From an uncultured delta proteobacterium (GTDB taxonomy: Bacteria; Myxococcota_A; Polyangia; Fen-1088), in assembly GCA_963737265.1 (NCBI GenBank), contig CAVTRY010000023.1:288001-352000 (forward strand): a DNA stretch of 64,000 bases, in the 5' to 3' direction. The stretch's first letter is position 1, and each line of letters starts with the position of its first letter. A program made the position numbers and the translations under genes. Under the pieces are notes generated by a model. It was not told the origin of the DNA and made no database searches. It worked only from the letters and a program-made list of their open reading frames with translations. This document shows positions 38,802-47,090 of this stretch, one piece after another.

Positions 38802-40028
38802 CTAGGACATGAACCTTTTGAGGATTGACTTGAGCCCGTCGGCGAAGGCGGAAACCTCATCCAGCGTGTTGTAAATGTAGGCCGAGGCGCGCACTGCCCC
38901 ATGGGGAAGGCTCAAGCGATCGAAGAATGGATGTGCGCAATGGAACCCCGAACGCACCATGATCTTGAAACTATCGCTGAGCATGAGCGCGAGCTCATCC
39001 GGGCCAGGAAGTGGAGACTCGAGCACCAGTTGCGCGAGGGCTAGCCTAGGCTTCGCTGGGGACATGAGGAGACGCACCTTGGGAAGCCGACGAAGTTCCA
39101 CCTCCATTCGGTCGGCCAAGGCTTCCTCGTGCGCGGCAATGGCGTCGAACCCCAGGGCTTCCAGATAGTCCATCGCTGCCGCAAGTCCCACAACGCCGGC
39201 GATGTTGGGAGTCCCGCTCTCGAAACGGAAGGGGATGTTCTTCAAAGTGTAGCCCGAGGTGGTCACCCGTTCTACCGTCCCGCCGCCAAGCGAAAGGGGC
39301 TCGATCGTTTCAAGAAGTTCCCTGCGCCCCCAAAGGACGCCGGTCCCCGTGGGGCCCAACATCTTGTGCCCACTGAAGACGAGGAAATCGCAGCCCAAGC
39401 TGCGAACGTCCAGGGGGATATGGGGCGCGCTCTGGGATGCATCCACGAGCACGAGCACGTCTCGATTCTTCACCACCTTGCAGATATCGGCAATGGGCTC
39501 GATGATTCCCGTGACGTTCGAGGCGTGGCTCAAGACCAATACACGGGGACGATGTTCCTCAACGGCTTTGAGAACCACCTCCGGCCGCAATGGAGCGAGG
39601 GGATCGCGCTCGATGAATCGTAGGCAGGCTTCGCGCATCCACGGCAATAGCAGCGAGTGATGGTCGGTAACGCAAGCCAGAATCCGATCCGACTTCCCGA
39701 GCCCCAACCCTCGCGCAACCAGATTGATCCCTTCCGTGGCGTTGCTCACAAACACGACGCACGCGGGATCGCCGCCCACAAAGCGCGCAGCACGCCGTCG
39801 CGCGCCGTCATAGGCGGAAGATGCCTCCTCGGAAAGGAGGTGCTTGCCCCGATGGATGTTGGCAGTGAATTCCTCGGAATACCGACGTTCGGCCTGAATG
39901 ACCGCGCGCGGCTTCAGGGCGGTTGCCGCGGAATCGAAATACAGAAGGGGACTGCCGTCCACCCGTCGCTCGAGCAGCGGGAAGTCAGCCCGCAGCCTGT
40001 TCGTCCAATCCTCGTCGAGCGATTTCAT
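38802..40028 (-). CDS. SufS/CsdA-like PLP cysteine desulfurase
   Basis: YFDSAATALKP, ANIHRG, HASNVTG, DASQS, SGHKMLGPTG, FESGTPN, RSGFHCAHP. Confidence 0.9.
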   Translation of the reverse strand: MKSLDEDWTNRLRADFPLLERRVDGSPLLYFDSAATALKPRAVIQAERRYSEEFTANIHRGKHLLSEEASSAYDGARRRAARFVGGDPACVVFVSNATEGINLVARGLGLGKSDRILACVTDHHSLLLPWMREACLRFIERDPLAPLRPEVVLKAVEEHRPRVLVLSHASNVTGIIEPIADICKVVKNRDVLVLVDASQSAPHIPLDVRSLGCDFLVFSGHKMLGPTGTGVLWGRRELLETIEPLSLGGGTVERVTTSGYTLKNIPFRFESGTPNIAGVVGLAAAMDYLEALGFDAIAAHEEALADRMEVELRRLPKVRLLMSPAKPRLALAQLVLESPLPGPDELALMLSDSFKIMVRSGFHCAHPFFDRLSLPHGAVRASAYIYNTLDEVSAFADGLKSILKRFMS

Positions 40029-41536
40029 GGAGAACTCGGTGGCTCCGCGAAGTCGCATCGGGTTAGGCTGAACTTCAACGAACCGGGTATCGGATCCAGT
40101 CGAGCGACGACTTTGACTTGCACCTTGGAAATGCCGAACCGCGCTTCCAGTTTGTCGGCCAGCTCCGCGGCGGGAAATGTCCCTTCCTGGCCGAGCGCCG
40201 GGATAGCATCTATCCGAAGGGTCTTGGCATCAGGCTGGTAACAGCTATAGAAGTCCAGATCCTTGGTATCGGCGATGGCTTCATCGAATTGGCGCGTCGT
40301 GACCCAGCGATCTTGCAGATACAGCATGTCCTTGGCCCGGCCGTGCAACACGACGCTTGGGCAGCCATTGAGAAGGCAATTGCAAGGGGAATGGTCGATG
40401 GAGCCAACATCGCCGAGCCGATAGCGCGCGAGCGGCATGGTTCGCGAAGCGGTCGTCGTGATAACGATTGCCCCCAGTTCACCCTCTTCCACGGGTCCTT
40501 CAGGGCCAACGATCTCGGCGACGCACTGTTCCACGCGCACATGCAGCCGGCCGGAAGGGCACTCTTGTCCGATAGCGGTGGCCGCCTCCGTCGCCCCGTA
40601 CCAATCGTAGCTGGCTCTGGAAAACGTATGCTCGATGGCCTTCCTTTGAAAGCGGGTTTGGTACTGATAGCTCGAAGCCAGAAGTCCAACGGAGGGGAGG
40701 GGAATACCGAATTCCTTGGCCCGGCGGACAAACCAATGAAGGTAGACCGGATTGAAGTGCAACATCTCCGGAGCAAAGCGATGAAGTTCTTCGGCGCCCT
40801 TCGCTACGAATTGGCGATCGATGCTAAACAGATCCTCCGTACTGTCGAGGAAAAGCACGTTACCGAGGATTCTCTCTTCGTAGGAAGCCTTGCCTAAGTG
40901 GCAAACCGCCTGGGAACAAATTGGGGTCGTGAAAATCGCAACCTTAGGCGGTTCTCCCCATCGTCTTCCGGTCCATACCTGGGCGTAGCACCCCGGATCC
41001 GTCGCCACTTCATTGCCGAGAATAGCCTGCAATCGTTCGCCGGTGGATCCACTGGTTATAAGAAGAGAGAGATCTTTTCGTTCGAGCCCCGCAGAGAGAT
41101 CCACCTGAGCAGATAGCAAATCGAGAAAGTGCGCTCGTATATCTGCCTTGGTTAGTATCGGGAGCAACCGGATATCTTCCTCACAGTTGATGGCGACGGA
41201 CGTGTAGGCGGCTTGGGCGCGGTAATAGGGTACCTCTTCCTGGATGAAGGCCATGAATTGGCGCAGTTGGAAGAGGGATTGGCGCCGCCGGACCTCGCCC
41301 GGCGTCAGGCCCTCTTTCAGAAGTCCGGCGCTTCGCAGGATGCCCAGTACATCTTCGGCGTTCCGAGCTTCGGGATCGATCGCCATCGTAGCCTCAGGCC
41401 CAAGCAGTAGCTGAGCCGCAGAGCCATCCTCAATGGCGATCTCCACAGTCAAGTCGATTGCGCGATCCGTGAAGACAAGACCTTCGGGCGTTACGCCGGC
41501 GCTGACGCCGCTACGAAGGGGCATCGTTTCAGACAT
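40025..41536 (-). CDS. PaaK-like (phenylacetate-CoA ligase family) adenylating enzyme with N-terminal extension
   Basis: VPYYR, LPILTKADIR, TSGSTG, YGATEA, MPLARYRLGD, GRAKD; stop overlaps desulfurase start (ATGA). Confidence 0.85.
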   Translation of the reverse strand: MSETMPLRSGVSAGVTPEGLVFTDRAIDLTVEIAIEDGSAAQLLLGPEATMAIDPEARNAEDVLGILRSAGLLKEGLTPGEVRRRQSLFQLRQFMAFIQEEVPYYRAQAAYTSVAINCEEDIRLLPILTKADIRAHFLDLLSAQVDLSAGLERKDLSLLITSGSTGERLQAILGNEVATDPGCYAQVWTGRRWGEPPKVAIFTTPICSQAVCHLGKASYEERILGNVLFLDSTEDLFSIDRQFVAKGAEELHRFAPEMLHFNPVYLHWFVRRAKEFGIPLPSVGLLASSYQYQTRFQRKAIEHTFSRASYDWYGATEAATAIGQECPSGRLHVRVEQCVAEIVGPEGPVEEGELGAIVITTTASRTMPLARYRLGDVGSIDHSPCNCLLNGCPSVVLHGRAKDMLYLQDRWVTTRQFDEAIADTKDLDFYSCYQPDAKTLRIDAIPALGQEGTFPAAELADKLEARFGISKVQVKVVARLDPIPGSLKFSLTRCDFAEPPSSP

Positions 41537-41791
41537 GCTTGCTCCACGCCGCAAGGGAGATAGTTATGGTTTGCCTGGTCTTCATGGTGGATTCATCCCA
41601 CGAGACGATTGCCTCGAAATGACGGAGTCGATAGAGATGCAGATGGTGGTCCACGAGGGCCGCATAGGACATGCGGCGGGCAGTGTAGACCGGGTCGATG
41701 GGCGACGCACCGACTTTCGCGGAGCATGCCCGCCCGGCCGCGTAAACCCGCGATCTTGGGCTGGTCCACGACAGCGAGGCGACCGTTGGGG

Positions 41792-41889
41792 AATTCGCCA
41801 GAAATCCGGCTCGCCCACCCACATTTTGGATGCTTCTTGCGTCCATCCTGGGCGCGGGCTATGAATCGGCACTCTCCGGGCACGTAGCT
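41792..41889 (+). repeat. 98-bp direct repeat, copy 2 (intact tRNA-Arg promoter/5' end)
   Basis: Aligns to 37454-37550; contains TTGCGT-N17-TATGAA. Confidence 0.9.
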
Positions 41890-41951
41890 CATCTGGATAG
41901 AGCACCGGCCTCCGAAGCCGGGGGTAGTGGGTTCGAATCCCGCCGCGCCCA
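41878..41951 (+). tRNA. tRNA-Arg(CCG)
   Basis: CCGGC-CTCCGAA-GCCGG anticodon arm, GGTTCGAATCC; acceptor GGGCACG/CGCGCCC with A5-C68 mismatch; no encoded CCA. Confidence 0.9.
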
Positions 41952-42008
41952 CACACGGATCGTCAACACCCATGAAATCCGTGCGCGGATCGATTAGCCT
42001 TCGACCCC

Positions 42009-43112
42009 ATGCGCACCGCCACGGCACACGTGTCACCGTCCGCCACCGGCCAGCTTGAGCTTCGAGGAACCTCCAGTCGGCTCATCGCCCTGTTGCGCGA
42101 AAGACAGAAGCTGCTGGCCAACGTGACGCGAAAGAAGGGCAAGCTGGAAAAGTTGCTCGCGACGCTCAACGCCCAGAGTGCGCAGATGGCGCAGATGGCG
42201 AGCGCCGCCCTGCCACTGATAGAAGAGGGGCAGGAAACTGACCGCGAGATCCACCGGCTTTTCGCCGCCATCTTGGCCAGGCCGGACCTGAAGCGAAAGG
42301 ACCGGAGCCGGATTCAGGATCTTTACCAGATGCTGCAGCGAGAGGGTATCCTGCACCGCACGCCAGCGCACGACGACGACATCCTCGAATTCGACCACGT
42401 GTCTAACCGGGAGTCGGCAGAGTATCCCGCTGGCGAGTTTCCGCCACCGCCCGACCCGACTGGCGAAAGCCCGTCCGCAAGGCGCTCGGCGGGCTCCACC
42501 GTGACGGCCATACGGGATCTCTTTCGCCGCCTCGCGACCGCTATCCACCCCGACAAGGCCCAGGACGCGGACTCTCGGGAGCAGCGAACCGAGGCCATGA
42601 AGGAGGTAACCCGCGCCTACCAGGACGGCGATCTGGCCCGCCTGATCGAGCTAGAGAGGGTGTGGCTCGCGGGTGCGCCCCGGGGCTCGGACAGCGATGA
42701 GGACGAGACCGAGCGGCGCTGTTCCAGCCTCGAGCAAATGAACCGCGAGCTGAAGCGCCAGCTTAAAGAGCTGGACGCCAAAACGCGTGAGCTCAAGCGT
42801 TCGTCCGCCGCCGAGTTCGCGACGGAGCTCGGTCTTGGAAGCAGGCACGGGGATGCTCAGCTCGGCGGCCTGCTGTCCACGCTCGAAAACGAGATCGAGG
42901 CTTTGCGAAAGACGCGCGATTTCGTGCAGTCGTTCGTTGACGGCAAGATCACCTGCGCCCAGTTCATCGCCGGCCCTGCGAACGGGCAAAACACGGATCC
43001 TGACGATGATTTCGATGTGGCCGAGCTCGCCGATTTTCTCGCCGACATCCTCATGCCCTCGGGCTTCGACGCCCCGGGCCCCCGCCCGCCTCGCCGCCGC
43101 CGACGGCGGTGA
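42009..43112 (+). CDS. Coiled-coil protein with internal J-domain
   Basis: IRDLFRRLATAIHPDK..EAMKEVTRAY (HPD motif). Confidence 0.75.
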   Translation: MRTATAHVSPSATGQLELRGTSSRLIALLRERQKLLANVTRKKGKLEKLLATLNAQSAQMAQMASAALPLIEEGQETDREIHRLFAAILARPDLKRKDRSRIQDLYQMLQREGILHRTPAHDDDILEFDHVSNRESAEYPAGEFPPPPDPTGESPSARRSAGSTVTAIRDLFRRLATAIHPDKAQDADSREQRTEAMKEVTRAYQDGDLARLIELERVWLAGAPRGSDSDEDETERRCSSLEQMNRELKRQLKELDAKTRELKRSSAAEFATELGLGSRHGDAQLGGLLSTLENEIEALRKTRDFVQSFVDGKITCAQFIAGPANGQNTDPDDDFDVAELADFLADILMPSGFDAPGPRPPRRRRRR

Positions 43113-43180
43113 AGCCAACCATGGTTCCGACAGTCAGCGTCGGTCGGTCTTGGATCCTGTCGGCGTCGTCATAGGATAAG

Positions 43181-44719
43181 ATGGGCCACATGTCGCGGCC
43201 ACCGTCGCTTTCAAGCTCGGATGTTGTCCGCAGGAATCAAACGAGAACTCTGATCGAGGATAGCGCCAGTTCGGACGATTCGCTTCATGGCATCCGGCTT
43301 TGGCTCACCGTCGTCGAAAAGACCGAAGCCAGGCTGGTGCCCATGCCGGAATCTGGATTCCTGCGCATCGGGCGCGCTGATGACAGCGATATCGTCCTGT
43401 CAAGCCCCTCGGTTTCACGCAACCACGCCGTGCTGGCCGTGACCAACGGAGCCATTTCCATCAGGGACAGTGGCAGCGCCAACGGCACGCGTGTCGGGGG
43501 CAAGCGCGTCCCACCCAACGGGGAAGAGTCGGTCGCTCCGGGCGTCGCCGTTCTCGTCGGCGGCGTCTCGCTCGTCGTGCACGAGCTTGGCAACGCCGTC
43601 AATCCTGGCCAGCTCGATGCGGGAGGCCAGCGCTGGCTTCACGAGAGCGTCCTGGCCGGAGAACACATCCAGGCACTTCGCTCGGACGCGCGAGCGTCCT
43701 CGGGTTCGCCCTCCAGCAGTCGGGAGACGCCCAGCGGCCTTGGCAGCCTCGTAATCCAGTCGGCGGCAATGAAAAAGCTGTTTCAGCTGGTGGACCGAAT
43801 CGCGCCAGGGACCATTCCAGTGCTGCTGTTGGGAGAAACCGGCGTGGGCAAGGAAGTCGTGGCGGCGGCCATCCACGAGCGCTCGCCGCGCAAGCGAAAA
43901 CCCTACCTGCGCCTCAACTGCTCGGCCTTCGCCGAGAACTTGCTCGAAAGCGAGCTCTTCGGCTTCGAGGCTGGGGCCTTCAGCGGCGCGCGGGTGGCCA
44001 AACCGGGTCTGTTTGAAACCGCGAACGGGGGAACGGTTCTCCTCGACGAAATCGGAGAAATGCCGCTTACGATCCAGGCAAAACTGCTGCGCGTAATCGA
44101 GACGCGCGAGGTGATTCCCCTGGGTGGCACGCGCGTGCGCCGGCTGGATGTGCGCTTTCTGTCGGCCACAAACCGCGACCTGGGCAAAAGAATCAATGAG
44201 GGTCTGTTTCGCGAGGATCTCTACTTCCGGCTGAGCGGCGTCACCGTCGTGGTGCCGCCGTTGCGCGAGCGCGCCTCGGAAATCGCGCCCATGGCGCAAC
44301 AGTTCGCGGCCGAGGCGGCGGCGGCGCTGGGCCGGACCGCGACGCCGACCTTGTCGCGCGGGGCGCTGGATTTTCTGGAAAGGCAACCCTGGCCTGGCAA
44401 TGTTCGCGAATTGCGCAATTGTGTCGAACGCGCCGTCTTGCTTTCCGCCACGCACACGCTTTCGGAAGACGATGTCGACCCGAATCTCGATCGCTTGACG
44501 GCGCGAAATACTAGGAAAACTATGGAAGTCGCGTCGAGGACGGTCGAGAAAATCGGCGGGTCAAGCCCCGAGTCCGCGGAGCGCGAGCAGATCGAGGATG
44601 CGTTGGCCGCCTGTGCGGGCAACCAGACGCGCGCCGCGGCCCTTTTAGGCGTGGCACGCAGAACGTTGGTAAGGAAGCTTGCCGAGATGGGCATTCCGCG
44701 CCCGCGTCGGCGCGCATAA
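43181..44719 (+). CDS. FHA-domain sigma54-type enhancer-binding protein
   Basis: IGR..SDI..VSRNHA..DSGSANGT FHA; GETGVGKE, ESELFG, GAFSGA, LDEIGE, WPGNVREL, Fis-type HTH. Confidence 0.92.
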   Translation: MGHMSRPPSLSSSDVVRRNQTRTLIEDSASSDDSLHGIRLWLTVVEKTEARLVPMPESGFLRIGRADDSDIVLSSPSVSRNHAVLAVTNGAISIRDSGSANGTRVGGKRVPPNGEESVAPGVAVLVGGVSLVVHELGNAVNPGQLDAGGQRWLHESVLAGEHIQALRSDARASSGSPSSSRETPSGLGSLVIQSAAMKKLFQLVDRIAPGTIPVLLLGETGVGKEVVAAAIHERSPRKRKPYLRLNCSAFAENLLESELFGFEAGAFSGARVAKPGLFETANGGTVLLDEIGEMPLTIQAKLLRVIETREVIPLGGTRVRRLDVRFLSATNRDLGKRINEGLFREDLYFRLSGVTVVVPPLRERASEIAPMAQQFAAEAAAALGRTATPTLSRGALDFLERQPWPGNVRELRNCVERAVLLSATHTLSEDDVDPNLDRLTARNTRKTMEVASRTVEKIGGSSPESAEREQIEDALAACAGNQTRAAALLGVARRTLVRKLAEMGIPRPRRRA

Positions 44720-44820
44720 ACCGGACGGGCATTCCTGGGGAGCGCCGTCACCAGTCCACGATCTCGTCGAGAGCGGGTTGAGATCGGACTAATTGGGATC
44801 GTTGCGATGCCAACCGAGCT

Positions 44821-44866
44821 TAAGCTCTTGAAATCGCTAAAACCCGGCCGTGGCACGTGGGCTGCA
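44821..44866 (+). promoter_or_regulatory. IHF-like site plus sigma54 promoter
   Basis: TAAGCTCTTGAAA at 44821; TGGCAC-GTGGG-CTGCA at 44851-44866. Confidence 0.5.
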
Positions 44867-44880
44867 TTAGTGAGGCCATC

Positions 44881-45078
44881 ATGATCCCATGCTGTTTCGC
44901 CATCATTCCCGATCGATCCCGTCAACCGATTGCCCTGTTCGCCGATCTCCAAGACGCGATGGAGTGGGGGATCAAGCGCCTAGGTGGCGACGCATTCCGC
45001 ATCAAGTACATCTCCATCGCTCGTATCGAAAGCGAAAATCCCCGGTCGCCAGCCCTCGCCAGCGCGACCCACAGCTAA
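44881..45078 (+). CDS. Small hypothetical protein (65 aa)
   Basis: GAGG before ATG; protein-like composition MIPCCFAIIPDRSRQPIALFADLQDAMEWG; fills intergenic gap. Confidence 0.55.
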   Translation: MIPCCFAIIPDRSRQPIALFADLQDAMEWGIKRLGGDAFRIKYISIARIESENPRSPALASATHS

Positions 45079-45122
45079 CCCGGCTGTTGCGCCGGGGCCC
45101 GGCTTGGGCATGATGGCCCTGC

Positions 45123-47090
45123 GTGATCTTTCTGCTGCTGCTTTTCGTTGCGGGGCGGTGCCTCGTCCCGATGGACGAAACCGATCTGTTTTTCAACCTG
45201 AGGCTGGGCGAGATCGTGCTCGGCACCGGCCAGGTTGCGACGGAGAACCTGCTTTCGTTCACCCATCCTGCCGCCACTGACATCAACCTGGCGTGGCTGT
45301 TTCAAATCGTCCTGGCGCTGGCTCATCGCGCGGCTTCGATCCCCGGCACGGTGCTGCTCAAGACGGCGTTCGTGGTCGCCACCTGGGCGGTTCTGTTTCG
45401 AGTCGCCGTCAGGCGCGGAGCCCATCCTGCGCTGGCGGCCTTGGCGCTGGCGCTTTCGGCGTGGGCCGCCGAGCCCCGCTTCGTCGAGCGGCCGCATCTC
45501 GTGACGTTCCTCGGTTTGGCCCTGGTCCTGCTGGCGGTGGAGCGCGCGGAAAGCAAGCAGCCGCACATGCTGTGGTGGCTCGTACTGTGCGGCCTGGTGT
45601 GGGCCAACGCCAATTCGTGTTTTTTTCTAGCGCCGACCGTGTTGCTGTTCTACGCGCTGGGCGCGCGTCTGGATGGGCGCAGCGCGGACGCACGGTGCGC
45701 GCTGCTGGCGGCACTGGCCTTCATCCCCTTCATGTTCGCCACACCGTCGGGCTTCCGCTGTCTCGACTACATCGCCAATCACTTCCGCATGCCGTATCTG
45801 CGTCCGCTGCAGGAATACCGGCACGCGCGCTGGCCGCTCGACGGACCCTTCTTTTTCCTGGCCGCCGGGCTGCTACTCGCGCGTCTTCTGCCGCTGGCCG
45901 TGCGCCGGCTGCCCGTCGCATCCCCGTTGCCTTGGCGTGTCCTTTTGCCGTGCGCGCTGCTTGGCTTGCTGGGCTGCCTGCGCATCCGCTTCGTCGCCGA
46001 GTTCGCCATGCTGGCCGGCCCGGCGCTGGCGGTGGCGACCTCGCGCACGGTGCCGGCCTTGCCGGAACGCTGGCCGCGCTGGCTGGCGGGCGCTTTGTTG
46101 CTTGGCCTGACCATGGCGCCACGTCTGGAGGCGGTGGCGCAAGGCGGACGTTTTCTCGACATCGGCATGGAGCCGGATCTCGTCCCGCTCGCGGCCATCG
46201 AGTTCGCCGAGAGGCACGGCCTGCGGGATCGCATGTACAACGATCTGGAGGTCGGCTCGTACCTGACCTGGCGCGGTTGGCCGAGGTACCGCGTGTTTCA
46301 GGATCCGCGCATCAACGGCTATCCCGAGGCCTTTCACGCCGTGCTTCGCCGCTCGGATCTCGCGCGCCCGGAGTGGCAGAGTTTTCTCGACGGCTTCGGC
46401 GTCGCGTCGGCGCTCATCACCTTTCCTTCGGTCAATCCACGCGGCGCGCTCTTCGATCCCGAAAAGTGGGCGCTGGTGTACCGTGCCAACGACGGCTTGG
46501 TCTTCGCGCGCCGGCCGATACGCGAAGACTTGTCGGAGATCCCGCTGTCGTTTTCCTATTTGGCGGCGACGGGCCTGACGCCAATTCCGCTGCCACGACC
46601 ACCGCGCGAAGCAAGCGTCTCCACGTGCGAATGGCAGCGGCGACTGGGGGACTACTATCGATCCACGGGCGACGACACGACGGCGCTTCATCGCTACGGG
46701 TTGGCACTGGCCGCGAAAGCGGAACCGTCATGCTCCGCGGACGCCCGCGCTGCGGCGGGCGCGCTCGCCTTGCAGCTTGGCGACCCCGCCACGGCGGTGG
46801 GCTTGCTTGAGGGCGCGACTGGCCTCGTCGCCCGAACCAATAATGGCTTTGCCCTGCTGGGTGTCGGCCGGAGCGAAGCCGCCCTGGCCGATTTCGACGG
46901 CGTGCTACGTGACGATGCCGGCAACGACGAAGCGACCTTCGGCCGCGGGCTGTCTCTGGTCGCTCTTGGTCGGGGTGCCGAGGCCGCGACCATGTTCGAA
47001 GCCCTGCTGGCGCGCTCGCCCAACCATGTGTCGGCAAAGGCGGCGCGGCAGCAGCTTGCGCGCCTGCGCGGAGGTGAGATCCATCCGTGA
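45123..47090 (+). CDS. Multi-pass GT-C-like membrane protein with C-terminal TPR
   Basis: ETDLFFNLRLGE loop, ERPHLVT, WANAN, VFQDPR; TPR-like tail; true start may be slightly different. Confidence 0.65.
   Translation: MIFLLLLFVAGRCLVPMDETDLFFNLRLGEIVLGTGQVATENLLSFTHPAATDINLAWLFQIVLALAHRAASIPGTVLLKTAFVVATWAVLFRVAVRRGAHPALAALALALSAWAAEPRFVERPHLVTFLGLALVLLAVERAESKQPHMLWWLVLCGLVWANANSCFFLAPTVLLFYALGARLDGRSADARCALLAALAFIPFMFATPSGFRCLDYIANHFRMPYLRPLQEYRHARWPLDGPFFFLAAGLLLARLLPLAVRRLPVASPLPWRVLLPCALLGLLGCLRIRFVAEFAMLAGPALAVATSRTVPALPERWPRWLAGALLLGLTMAPRLEAVAQGGRFLDIGMEPDLVPLAAIEFAERHGLRDRMYNDLEVGSYLTWRGWPRYRVFQDPRINGYPEAFHAVLRRSDLARPEWQSFLDGFGVASALITFPSVNPRGALFDPEKWALVYRANDGLVFARRPIREDLSEIPLSFSYLAATGLTPIPLPRPPREASVSTCEWQRRLGDYYRSTGDDTTALHRYGLALAAKAEPSCSADARAAAGALALQLGDPATAVGLLEGATGLVARTNNGFALLGVGRSEAALADFDGVLRDDAGNDEATFGRGLSLVALGRGAEAATMFEALLARSPNHVSAKAARQQLARLRGGEIHP

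Noticed and set aside
38802-40028. Housekeeping sufS
   Set aside because: No sufBCD/sufE neighbours, atypical codon usage and location in a repeat-bounded cassette; gene symbol withheld.
41529-41672. Short ORF(s) overlapping the ligase start (MSYAALVDHHLHL... / MKTRQTITISLAAWSKHV) as alternative precursor
   Set aside because: No convincing RBS or leader/core pattern; cannot be supported, though not excluded.
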